NCBI GenBank assembly: GCA_036661755.1
Contig: JAVWYC010000001.1
Coordinates: 1-46,141 of the forward strand
Reading direction: 5' to 3'
Origin: Mucinivorans sp.
GTDB taxonomy: Bacteria; Bacteroidota; Bacteroidia; Bacteroidales; Rikenellaceae
DNA length: 46,141 bases
Part shown: positions 30,256-39,667 of the stretch, in pieces
Layout of the letters: every line of letters begins with the position of its first letter
Position numbering within the stretch: the first letter of the stretch is position 1
Program-made: the position numbers and the translations under genes
The notes under the pieces: generated by a model
Seen by the model: the letters and a program-made list of their open reading frames with translations, nothing else
Told to the model about the DNA's origin: nothing
Databases searched by the model: none

Positions 30256-31260
30256 TTATATTAATTTGTCTAATATCGAATTAATTGTGCTCTTCACGGC
30301 ACGTTTTTCATAGAGGATCGAATACATGGCATCGGCGATCGGCATATCGATTTTATAGCCACCGCGTTCTTTCACCTCGTGTAAACAAGCTGTTGCGTAG
30401 TAGCCTTCGGCCACCATATTCATCTCCATCTGTGCCGATTTGACGGAGTATCCCTTGCCAATCATCTGCCCAAAGGTGCGATTGCGCGAAAATTGCGAAT
30501 AGCAAGTCACCAACAGATCGCCCACGTAGGCCGAGGCCATAATATCACGATCGAAAGGGTAGGTCTGGCGCAAGAAACGCTCGATCTCGATACCGGCGTT
30601 GCTGACCAAAACCGCAAAGAAATTATCGCCATAACCCATCGAATGACACATTCCACCGGCAATAGCGTATATGTTTTTGAGCACCGCCGCCCACTCTACT
30701 CCATAAATATCGTTCGAGGTGTTCACTCTGATATAAGGCGCTACAAAATATTGTCCCAAGCGCTCGGCCTGCTCGGTGTCTTTGCACACCATTGTAAGGT
30801 AGGATAGGCGTTCGAGGGCTACCTCCTCGGCATGGCACGGCCCTGTGATAACGCCAATATTGGCAAAAGGCAGCCCAAAAGTATGATTCACATATTCGGC
30901 CACCGTGAGCCACTCATCGGGCACAATGCCCTTGATGGCCGAAATGACAAACTTATCGGAAAGAGGGACGCTAAGAGCCGAAAGCACACCCTTCAAAAAG
31001 GCCGAAGGAGTAGCCAAAATCACGACGTCAGCCTGGGCGACCGCCTCGTTAATATCGTCATAGAGCGAAAGGCTTGTCTTGGCAAAGTGCACCTGCGATA
31101 GGTATTTGGGGTTATTGCCATTTTTGTCGATATGTTCAAGCACTTCTTGATTACGCACATACCAACGCACAACACAAGAGTTATCGGTTAGTATCTTGAC
31201 CAGAGCCGTAGCCCACGAACCGTGACCAATTACTGCTATTTTATAATCTTCGTTCTTCAT
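30256..31260 (-). CDS. gpsA: NAD(P)H-dependent glycerol-3-phosphate dehydrogenase
   Basis: GHGSWATAL, GPCHAEE, LKNIYAI, GDLLVT, SRNR. Confidence 0.96.
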   Translation of the reverse strand: MKNEDYKIAVIGHGSWATALVKILTDNSCVVRWYVRNQEVLEHIDKNGNNPKYLSQVHFAKTSLSLYDDINEAVAQADVVILATPSAFLKGVLSALSVPLSDKFVISAIKGIVPDEWLTVAEYVNHTFGLPFANIGVITGPCHAEEVALERLSYLTMVCKDTEQAERLGQYFVAPYIRVNTSNDIYGVEWAAVLKNIYAIAGGMCHSMGYGDNFFAVLVSNAGIEIERFLRQTYPFDRDIMASAYVGDLLVTCYSQFSRNRTFGQMIGKGYSVKSAQMEMNMVAEGYYATACLHEVKERGGYKIDMPIADAMYSILYEKRAVKSTINSILDKLI

Positions 31261-31289
31261 ACCACAAATATAGTAATTAATTGTGATTC

Positions 31290-32735
31290 TTAAAGCAATT
31301 TACGCGAAGAACCCTCAATTTGAGTACTATCAAGTCTAATAGCGATAAAAACTAAGATCGTAAAAGCCAACAACGAACTACCACCATACGAGAAAAATGG
31401 CAACGGAATGCCCACAACCGGGAAAATGCCGATAGCCATGGCTATGTTGATGAAAAAGTGCATAAAAATGATCGCCGCCACCGAGTAACAATATATACGC
31501 GCAAAAGGTTCGTTTTGTCGTTCGCCCATGCGCATAAGTCTAAGAATGAGGAGTATAAAGAGGGCGATAACGATCATCGAACCCACAAAGCCCCACTCCT
31601 CGCCCACGGTACAAAAAATAAAGTCGGTGCTCTGTTCGGGCACAAAACTAAAACGAGTTTGAGTGCCTTGCAAAAAACCCTTGCCCCACACACCACCCGA
31701 ACCGATGGCGATTTTGCTTTGCAGAGCATTGTAGCCTGCTCCCTGCGGGTCGTTTTTTAGGCCCAACAGGTCGAGCACGCGCTCTTGTTGGTGGCTTTGC
31801 AGTACATTATTGAAAGCATAGTCAATAAAAAATGTAAAAAGCACCGCCGCCACAAAAAAGCCAAGATTGAGCAACACGCTGCGCGAACGCGAATGATTGA
31901 AATAGTATAGAATGACGGGCAGACTAAGCCCAACGCTCCACAAGAGCGATGAATACGGATTGCTAGCCAGCGAAAAACAGTCGCGCACCACCTCCACAAC
32001 AATATAGAGCAAAACGAGCAAGGCTATGTATTGCAACACCGAACGAACGTTGCGCGAACTGATCACCTCCATCACTAGCGATAGACCCAAGGCTACCAAC
32101 AACATGCCAATCGGTTCGACAAAAAACGAAATGATGGCCAAAAATACAAAAGCGCCAAAGAGAACATAGAGCGCTCGCCCAAAACCTTCGCGATAGAGAA
32201 TAATGAAAAACGCCGCAAAAACAAGCGCCGAACCGGTGTCGTTTTGAGCCAAAATCACAAGCACGGGCAAGAAAATAATCACCCCAACGTTGAAAAGCGC
32301 GTGCCGATCGCGAATGCTGAAATTATAAGCACTCATCAATTTAGCCAAGGCCAAGGCGGTGACTATCTTCATAAATTCCACCGGCTGTATGCGGAACGAA
32401 CCGATCGAAATCCATGCCCTTGCGCCATTGATTTCGGTTCCAAAAACAGTGACGCCCACCATGACAACAATCATCAACCAATAGAGTTGATAGGCCAATA
32501 GATGATAATACCTCGAATCGATGAGCAAGATCGAGAGCGCCACCACAAAGCTCACCACAATCCATTGCAACTGTTTGCCGTAACTCTGCGTTAGGTCGAA
32601 TATCGAGCGTTGGTCGTCATTATAGACAGCCGAATAGATACTCACCCACCCCATCACCACCAAAACCACATAGATAAGCACCGTCCAATAGTCGATGCCC
32701 GAACTGGTGAGTCCTATTTTTCTGTTTTCGATCAT
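31290..32735 (-). CDS. rodA: Rod shape-determining protein RodA
   Basis: GARAWI, QPVEFMK, GSGG..GKG, PEQSTDFIF, SYGGSS. Start set at ATG 32735 (ATGA overlap with mrdA). Confidence 0.95.
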   Translation of the reverse strand: MIENRKIGLTSSGIDYWTVLIYVVLVVMGWVSIYSAVYNDDQRSIFDLTQSYGKQLQWIVVSFVVALSILLIDSRYYHLLAYQLYWLMIVVMVGVTVFGTEINGARAWISIGSFRIQPVEFMKIVTALALAKLMSAYNFSIRDRHALFNVGVIIFLPVLVILAQNDTGSALVFAAFFIILYREGFGRALYVLFGAFVFLAIISFFVEPIGMLLVALGLSLVMEVISSRNVRSVLQYIALLVLLYIVVEVVRDCFSLASNPYSSLLWSVGLSLPVILYYFNHSRSRSVLLNLGFFVAAVLFTFFIDYAFNNVLQSHQQERVLDLLGLKNDPQGAGYNALQSKIAIGSGGVWGKGFLQGTQTRFSFVPEQSTDFIFCTVGEEWGFVGSMIVIALFILLILRLMRMGERQNEPFARIYCYSVAAIIFMHFFINIAMAIGIFPVVGIPLPFFSYGGSSLLAFTILVFIAIRLDSTQIEGSSRKLL

Positions 32736-34582
32736 CTTGTTGTGGGTAATACGGTGGTTTCGACTTTTGGGCGATACATCGGATAATTGACCTGAATTTC
32801 GGTTATTCGCTGCAAAAGGTCGGCACGTTTGACAGTGTCGGTCAAATATTGCTCCACGATAAGCGAAGCGATAGGAACCGCCACACTGGCCCCATAGCCG
32901 CCATGTTCCACATAGACCGAAACCGCAATGCGCGGATTGTTGCGCGGAGCAAAACACATAAAAGTAGAGTGATTGGCTCCTTGCGAATTTTGTGCGGTGC
33001 CTGTTTTGCCGCATATGTCGAGGCCCTCGACCCTAGCTCCCTGAGCCGTGCCGCCCCCTTGATGCACAGCCAAATACATACCCTCAACAATTGGCGAAAA
33101 ATGCTTAGGATCCACCACCGTGTAATTTTTCCGGTAGAAACGTGCATCAATCGAGTCGCGTCCGTCAATCTTTTTCACCACATGCGGTATGTAGTAATAA
33201 CCCCGATTGGCCACCGTGGCTGCAAGGTTAGCCATTTGCAGCGGCGTGCAGCCCATCTCGCCTTGACCGATAGAGAGCGAAATTACAGTCAGCGCATTCC
33301 ATTGTCCGCGATAAGTCTTATTATAAAATTCCGACGATGGCACATTACCCTTCAATTCGCCCAAAAAGTCAGAACCGAGTTTACGCCCAAAACCGAAGCT
33401 GAGCACCCCCTCGCGCCATTTGTTGTAATTTAGTTTGATGCTACCCTGCCCCCCACGCTCCAAAATATCGCGAAACACATAACAAAAATAGGCGTTACAC
33501 GAATTTTGCACCGCCGCCGCCATGTCTAGGTTGGGGTTGTGAGCGTGACACCCCACCCCACGTCCATAGGGATAGCCACCATAGCAGGAGTGAATGTCGC
33601 TCGCCTGAGCCACCCCATACTCCACGCCCAGCAAACCATTGACCACCTTGAAGGTCGAGCCCGGAGGGTAAGAAGCCATCACCGCACGATTGAAAATCGG
33701 GTGACGCGGGTCGCGCACCATATCCATATAATTATTGCCACGCTGACGCCCAACCAACAAGTCGGGATCATAGGACGGCGAAGAGGCCATCACCAAGATT
33801 TCGCCCGTGGAAGGCTCAATGGCCACCACCGATCCGATTTTCCCCTGCATCAGTTTTTCGGCCAAAGCCTGCAAACGAGCATCGATCGTGGCCACAATGG
33901 CACGCCCCGGTTCGGCCAACGTGTCGCGCGCACCATTTAGATATGACCCTTGCGGCACACCGTGGGTGTCCACCATCTCGATTTTGACCCCTTTCTTGCC
34001 CCGCAACACATCTTCATAAGCTTGCTCGATGCCGCTCATACCGATATAGTCACCCATCTTGTAGTATGGATTGCGCTTCATAATTCGGTCGTTCACCTCG
34101 CCCACATAGCCCAATAAATTACCCGCCAATTTGCGCGGATAGGTTCTCACGGTGCGATATTGAGCAAAAAAACCGGGCACACGTTTTTCGTCTAACTTCA
34201 ACTTCACATCTTTGGAAAGTTGTTTGAAAATCACCGATGGCGAACGACGCGAATAGGCCGAAGCCTTATTGAACTCACTGATCAACACTTCTTTAGTAAC
34301 TCCCAAAATTTCAGCAAAACGCACCGTGTCGAATGGCTCCACCTCGCGAGGAATGACAATCAAGTCGAAAGATTCTTTGCTCTGTACCAAAAATTCTCCG
34401 TTGCGATCGTAGACCTCGCCGCGCGGAGGGTGCTGCACTTGGTAACGCAAAGCATTGCCGTCGGCACGCGTCTTGAAATCGCTGTTGAAAACTTGCAAAT
34501 AGAGCAACCTGCCACAAAAAATAGCCCCCACCACCAAAAGCATAATCCGCAAATAATTATATTTCAAATATCCTTTTTCCAT
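32732..34582 (-). CDS. mrdA: Penicillin-binding protein 2
   Basis: RGEVYDRNG, GSTFK (SxxK), SCN, KTGT. Confidence 0.96.
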   Translation of the reverse strand: MEKGYLKYNYLRIMLLVVGAIFCGRLLYLQVFNSDFKTRADGNALRYQVQHPPRGEVYDRNGEFLVQSKESFDLIVIPREVEPFDTVRFAEILGVTKEVLISEFNKASAYSRRSPSVIFKQLSKDVKLKLDEKRVPGFFAQYRTVRTYPRKLAGNLLGYVGEVNDRIMKRNPYYKMGDYIGMSGIEQAYEDVLRGKKGVKIEMVDTHGVPQGSYLNGARDTLAEPGRAIVATIDARLQALAEKLMQGKIGSVVAIEPSTGEILVMASSPSYDPDLLVGRQRGNNYMDMVRDPRHPIFNRAVMASYPPGSTFKVVNGLLGVEYGVAQASDIHSCYGGYPYGRGVGCHAHNPNLDMAAAVQNSCNAYFCYVFRDILERGGQGSIKLNYNKWREGVLSFGFGRKLGSDFLGELKGNVPSSEFYNKTYRGQWNALTVISLSIGQGEMGCTPLQMANLAATVANRGYYYIPHVVKKIDGRDSIDARFYRKNYTVVDPKHFSPIVEGMYLAVHQGGGTAQGARVEGLDICGKTGTAQNSQGANHSTFMCFAPRNNPRIAVSVYVEHGGYGASVAVPIASLIVEQYLTDTVKRADLLQRITEIQVNYPMYRPKVETTVLPTTR

Positions 34583-35082
34583 TATTTATTGAATGGTAAA
34601 TTGAATACAAAAATCAACATAGCGGTGAGCACCGAGCTCAACACAATACGCAAAATGGTGATCAAAATGCCCGAAAAACTCATCACCTCCAACAAAAAAT
34701 AGGGAATAGCAAAAAGCAAACACATTAATATCAAGTAGCTCATAAAACGCTGAGCACCAACCCTGTATGCCGACGGCACAAGCCCCGCCAAAACAACATC
34801 GCGCCCAAGGGTCAATTCGCCCACCACATTGCGCACAAAGGCCAACCACACTAAACATATGGCATTCAATCCATTAGAGCCCATCACGGTGTCCATCAGA
34901 TAGCCAATCAAAAAAGCCAGCAACATAAGCCACACCCTGTGGACAGAAAGAGGCAAAATGAGAATAATCATCACATAGGCAAAGATATTCACAACGCCCC
35001 ATATATTGATGGCGCTAAAAACATACTCTTGCAAAAAAAGCAAGATCGCAAAGGCAATGGTATATGTCAAAAATCTAGCCAT
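34582..35082 (-). CDS. mreD: Rod shape-determining protein MreD
   Basis: Small polytopic membrane protein between mreC and mrdA. Confidence 0.85.
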   Translation of the reverse strand: MARFLTYTIAFAILLFLQEYVFSAINIWGVVNIFAYVMIILILPLSVHRVWLMLLAFLIGYLMDTVMGSNGLNAICLVWLAFVRNVVGELTLGRDVVLAGLVPSAYRVGAQRFMSYLILMCLLFAIPYFLLEVMSFSGILITILRIVLSSVLTAMLIFVFNLPFNK

Positions 35083-35906
35083 TATCTAACATTTGATTGT
35101 TCTTCGACCTCGCGTCGTTCGTTTTGCATGGGCAGTTTGACCGCATAGAGATAGTTCAAGCGGCTAAGGTCGGCCAGCAGTGTAATTTTTGCCCTAAAAA
35201 ATGTTCCGTTGATCAACTCAAAAGAACGAATCGTACCGATCGGCAAATTGGGTGGAAAAATATTTGAATACTCGGTTGTCAGTATCGTGTCGCCAAACTT
35301 AATGTTTGAATATTTTGGCACTTCGTCGAAATCTACAATCCGGTAATTCTCGCCATTCCAACTAATTGAACCGGTGAAATCGCTGCTCTGAATCTTGCCA
35401 CTGGTATGAAAAATCGAATGGTTCAAAATCGAGGTGGCCACCGCAAAATGCTCTGAACAATAGAGCACATAACCCACAATGCCTTGCGTGTTGAAAAGCG
35501 CCATATCGGGCTCTATACCAGCACTTCGCCCTCCGGTGATGGTGATGAAATTGTCACGCCCACCGATCGTGTTGCGCACCACTTTCACCACCTTGATGGG
35601 CAAGGAATCCACCGTTACGCCCACTTGACGACCGCTCATTGTGTCGCGCAATTGGAAGCCCAACAGTTCGCCACGAAGACGCGCATTTTCGAGCATAAGT
35701 GCTTCGTTTTCGGCCGATAGTTGAAAATAGTTGGTCACTCCCGAAATTTTGGCATGCAAACCACCCACCACATTATTGGCCGCAGCCAACGCGGCAGCTC
35801 GTTGATAGGGATTGTTGTGAAAAAAAATTGTAAAGCACAAAATTTCCAACCCTATAAAAATTAGAGCAACATATATTTTTTTGAAAAATAATATAAGTCG
35901 GATCAT
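35082..35906 (-). CDS. mreC: Rod shape-determining protein MreC
   Basis: N-terminal TM, coiled coil (ENEALMLENARL), GDTILT..S.IFP; operon position. Confidence 0.92.
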   Translation of the reverse strand: MIRLILFFKKIYVALIFIGLEILCFTIFFHNNPYQRAAALAAANNVVGGLHAKISGVTNYFQLSAENEALMLENARLRGELLGFQLRDTMSGRQVGVTVDSLPIKVVKVVRNTIGGRDNFITITGGRSAGIEPDMALFNTQGIVGYVLYCSEHFAVATSILNHSIFHTSGKIQSSDFTGSISWNGENYRIVDFDEVPKYSNIKFGDTILTTEYSNIFPPNLPIGTIRSFELINGTFFRAKITLLADLSRLNYLYAVKLPMQNERREVEEQSNVR

Positions 35907-35993
35907 GCGTAGAGCAACAAATTAAAATGGCAAACCAAATCGACCGATCAAAAAGATCATCGGTTCACGTGGCCAAAATTCATAAAATACATT

Positions 35994-37016
35994 TTAACGG
36001 ATTAAGAACGAAAATTTATGAATGTTTTTCAACGCCACACCAGTCCCACGAGCCACAGCACGCAACGGATCTTCGCTCACATGTACCGGGATTCGCGTTT
36101 TTTGTTGTAGTCGTTTGTCCAATCCGCGCAACAGCGCCCCGCCACCAGCCAAATAGATCCCATTACGATAGATGTCAGAATAGAGCTCTGGCGGAATCTT
36201 TTCTAACACTTTCATGATCGCCAAGTCTACCTTGAGCAACGATTTATCGAGCGCCGATGCCACTTCGCGATATGAAATCGGAATATCAAGCGGCAGCGAG
36301 GTGATAATGTTTGGCCCACGAACAATAAAATCGTCGGGAGGAGTGTCTAGCTTATCGATCGCCGCCCCGACAGCGATTTTGATCTCTTCGGCCGTACGCT
36401 CACCCACCTTGACATTGTGTTGTTGTTTCATGTAGTTCTGAATATCTTCGGTGAAAACATCGCCGGCCACATTGATACTTTCGTTACAAACGATCCCGCC
36501 CAGCGAGATCACCGCCACTTCGGTCGTTCCACCTCCAATATCGACAACCATATGCCCCTCGGGAGCCTCCACATCGAGACCAATACCGAGCGCGGCAGCC
36601 ATCGGTTCATAGATCATATAGACCTCGCGACCACCGCTATGCTCGGCCGAATCACGCACAGCACGAATCTCAACATTGGTCGAGCCCGAAGGTATGCAAA
36701 TCACCATACGCAGCGAAGGCGAAAACATTTTGTTACGTGTCTTGATCATCTTGATCATGCCACGTATCATCATTTCGGCCGCATTAAAATCGGCTATCAC
36801 TCCGTCGCGCAAAGGACGAATAGTCTTTATGTTTTGGTGCGTCTTGCCGTGCATACGACGCGCCTCTTGCCCAATGGCGATCAAACGTCCCGTAAGCCCA
36901 TCGACGGCTACAATTGAAGGTTCGTCCACCACAATTTTATCGTTATGGATAATCAGCGTATTGGCTGTCCCCAAATCCATTGCCAACTCTTGAGTCAGCA
37001 TCGAAAATAATCCCAT
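35994..37016 (-). CDS. mreB: Actin-like MreB
   Basis: DLGTANT, EPMAAA, DIGGGTT, GGGALL. Confidence 0.98.
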   Translation of the reverse strand: MGLFSMLTQELAMDLGTANTLIIHNDKIVVDEPSIVAVDGLTGRLIAIGQEARRMHGKTHQNIKTIRPLRDGVIADFNAAEMMIRGMIKMIKTRNKMFSPSLRMVICIPSGSTNVEIRAVRDSAEHSGGREVYMIYEPMAAALGIGLDVEAPEGHMVVDIGGGTTEVAVISLGGIVCNESINVAGDVFTEDIQNYMKQQHNVKVGERTAEEIKIAVGAAIDKLDTPPDDFIVRGPNIITSLPLDIPISYREVASALDKSLLKVDLAIMKVLEKIPPELYSDIYRNGIYLAGGGALLRGLDKRLQQKTRIPVHVSEDPLRAVARGTGVALKNIHKFSFLIR

Positions 37017-37051
37017 CTTGTGTTATGCTTTTTTTTATGTAAACGATAAAT

Positions 37052-38542
37052 TTAGTGTTTGAAATGCCTGAGGCCTGTAACTATCATTGCGACCTCGTTT
37101 TGGTTGCAATAGTCGATAGTTTCTTGATCGCGCACCGAGCCACCGGGTTGGATAACGCAATTAATGCCTGCTTTATGCGCGATTTCTACACAATCGGCAA
37201 AAGGGAAAAATGCGTCCGAAGCCATCACCGCCCCTTCGAGCGACAATTCAAAAGAGTGAGCCTTGTCGATCGCTTGTTTCAAGGCGTCCACGCGCGAGGT
37301 CTGCCCCACTCCGCTAGCAAGCATTTGACCCGCCCGAGCCAGCACAATGGCGTTACTCTTGGAGTGTTTGACGATCTTGTTGGCGAAAATCAAATCCTCC
37401 ATTTGAGTTTGAGAAACAGCGGCTTTGGTGACCAATTTAACTTCGCCGTCCACACCGCCTAATTTATTGTCGACCTGTTGAACAAGCACTCCGCCAAGCA
37501 TCGTACGACGCGAAATGTCCGATAGTTCGATGTCGCCTTTGAGCTGCAACAGTATTCTATTTTTCTTACTTTTGAGCAGCTCCAACGTCCCCGCCTCAAA
37601 ACCGGGAGCCATCAACACTTCGCAAAAAAGTGTATTGATCTTTTCGGCCGTGGCCATGTCCACAGGCATATTGCAAACCAACACCCCGCCAAAGGCCGAC
37701 ACCGGATCGCCTGCCAGAGCATCGCTATACGCTTGGCTCAATGTGGCGCGAGTGGCCACCCCACAAGCGTTGTTGTGTTTGATGATGGCAAAGGTGGGCT
37801 CGTTGTGTGCAAATTCGCCAATCAAAGAGAGCGCGGCATTGATGTCGAGCAAATTGTTGTACGAAATTTCTTTGCCATGCAAGTGGTCGAAAATTTTCGA
37901 CAAATCGCCCTCAAAATGTGCTTGCTGGTGAGGGTTCTCGCCATAACGAAGGTGAGCAATCCCCGAAAAATAACCACGAATCACCTCGTCATAATGCGCG
38001 GTAACCCGGAATGCTTTGGCCGCATATGCCCTACGTTGCTCAAATGAGGTGAATCCGTCTTGATCTTTGAGCATCTTAGTCAAGCCGGCATAGTCTGCCT
38101 TGTCGGCCACAACAATCACGTCGGCATGGTTTTTAGCTGCTGCGCGTATCATCGAAGGGCCTCCAACGTCGATTTTCTCGATAATGGCCGCGTCATCGGC
38201 CCCACTTTTAAGGGTCTCTTCAAAGGGGTACAAATCCACCACCACAAGATCAATATCGGGAATGCCATATTGTTGTGCTTGTTGGCAATCATCGTTGTTT
38301 TCACGACGATAGAGGATACCTCCAAAAACTTTTGGGTGCAAAGTTTTCACCCTGCCACCAAAAATCGAGGGGTGCGCCGTCAGACTCTCAACCGGTGTAA
38401 CAGATATGCCCAGCGACTCGATAAAGGTCTGAGTACCACCGGTTGAATAAATTACAATTGATTGACGATCCAATTCGCGGACAAGCTCCTGTAAACCGTC
38501 CTTATAAAAAACAGAAATTAATGCTCCTTTTACCTTTTTCAT
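37052..38542 (-). CDS. purH: Bifunctional AICAR transformylase/IMP cyclohydrolase
   Basis: [39 protein letters not shown]. Confidence 0.98.
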   Translation of the reverse strand: MKKVKGALISVFYKDGLQELVRELDRQSIVIYSTGGTQTFIESLGISVTPVESLTAHPSIFGGRVKTLHPKVFGGILYRRENNDDCQQAQQYGIPDIDLVVVDLYPFEETLKSGADDAAIIEKIDVGGPSMIRAAAKNHADVIVVADKADYAGLTKMLKDQDGFTSFEQRRAYAAKAFRVTAHYDEVIRGYFSGIAHLRYGENPHQQAHFEGDLSKIFDHLHGKEISYNNLLDINAALSLIGEFAHNEPTFAIIKHNNACGVATRATLSQAYSDALAGDPVSAFGGVLVCNMPVDMATAEKINTLFCEVLMAPGFEAGTLELLKSKKNRILLQLKGDIELSDISRRTMLGGVLVQQVDNKLGGVDGEVKLVTKAAVSQTQMEDLIFANKIVKHSKSNAIVLARAGQMLASGVGQTSRVDALKQAIDKAHSFELSLEGAVMASDAFFPFADCVEIAHKAGINCVIQPGGSVRDQETIDYCNQNEVAMIVTGLRHFKH

Positions 38543-38564
38543 AATTTAACTATATATTAAAAAG

Positions 38565-38612
38565 CAAAGGTAGTTATTTATTAGAAATTTTCAGTAATTT
38601 TTAATAATTTTG
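38565..38612. promoter_or_regulatory. Divergent -7 elements for purH (TACCTTTG, minus, 38565-38572) and mqnC (TAATTTTG, plus, 38605-38612)
   Basis: TAnnTTTG matches in the AT-rich intergenic region. Confidence 0.6.
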
Positions 38613-38617
38613 TGCCT

Positions 38618-39625
38618 ATGAATTTTCAAGAAGCACTATTATTATACAACACAGCGCCGCTAGTGGATTTAATGGCCACCGCTCACGCTTTGCGCCTTAC
38701 GCAACCAACAATCAAGGCGCCAATAGTCACATGGCAGATCGATCGCAACATCAACACAACCAATGTTTGCGTTGGGGGTTGTAAGTTTTGCGCCTTTCAC
38801 TGTCGACTGGCCCAACGTGATAAAGCTTATGTGACCACGATGGAGGAATATCGCACCAAAATCGCCCAAACCATTAGCCTTGGCGGCGACCAAATACTGC
38901 TGCAAGGGGGGATGAACCCCGAATTGAAGCTAGATTATTACGAACATCTTTTTGCTACTCTGCGAGCTGAATTTCCGAGCATTAAGCTTCACGCCTTGGG
39001 GCCTGCCGAGGTGCAGTTCCTAGCGCGTGGTGCGCGACTGAGCGTACGCGAGACCTTACAGCGTTTGATGGCCGCCGGCATGGCTTCCCTGCCCGGAGCC
39101 GGGGCCGAGATTTTGGATAACGATTGGCGCAAGACTTTTTCGCCGGGCAAATGTTCGGCCACCGAGTGGATACAAGTGATGCAGACGGCGCATCAAATGG
39201 GTTTGCTCAGTTCGGCCACCATGATGTATGGCTATCATGACACGCCTAGTTTGCGCATCAAGCATCTTTTTGCCATTCGTGACTTGCAGGCTTCCACGGG
39301 TGGTTTTCGGGCTTTTATCGCTTGGCCATATCAGGGCCCTGAGGCTCATTCAACGATGAGTGATTATTTGCGTATGGTGGCCATCGCGCGTATTGTTTTA
39401 GATAACGTGCCCAACATTCAGGCGTCGTGGCTCACTGTTGGTCGGTCGGCGGCTCAAATGGCTTTGCATGGAGGGGCGAATGACATGGGGTCGATAATGA
39501 TCGAAGAGAATGTAGTTCGTTCGGCCGGTTCCACCAACACCATTGATGCAAGTGGCATTCAGCGTACTATTGTGGAGGCTGGTTTCGAGCCTGCTTTGCG
39601 CGATCAGGCCTATAATTTGCTTTAA
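38618..39625 (+). CDS. mqnC: Cyclic dehypoxanthinyl futalosine synthase (CofH/MqnC radical SAM)
   Basis: DRNINTTNVCVGGCKFC, LLQGG, SLPGAGAEIL, QASW, GANDMGSIMIEENVV. Confidence 0.88.
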   Translation: MNFQEALLLYNTAPLVDLMATAHALRLTQPTIKAPIVTWQIDRNINTTNVCVGGCKFCAFHCRLAQRDKAYVTTMEEYRTKIAQTISLGGDQILLQGGMNPELKLDYYEHLFATLRAEFPSIKLHALGPAEVQFLARGARLSVRETLQRLMAAGMASLPGAGAEILDNDWRKTFSPGKCSATEWIQVMQTAHQMGLLSSATMMYGYHDTPSLRIKHLFAIRDLQASTGGFRAFIAWPYQGPEAHSTMSDYLRMVAIARIVLDNVPNIQASWLTVGRSAAQMALHGGANDMGSIMIEENVVRSAGSTNTIDASGIQRTIVEAGFEPALRDQAYNLL

Positions 39626-39637
39626 TTCCTCTTTTGG

Positions 39638-39667
39638 GTGATACGCGATGTGTGATTCGCATATCAC
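39638..39667. terminator. Hairpin between convergent mqnC and mutS
   Basis: GTGATACGCGA..TCGCATATCAC imperfect stem between the two stop codons. Confidence 0.45.

Noticed and set aside
32736-33014. 93-aa N-terminal extension of RodA
   Set aside because: Lies inside mrdA in another frame; the ATGA overlap at 32732-32735 gives the natural start.
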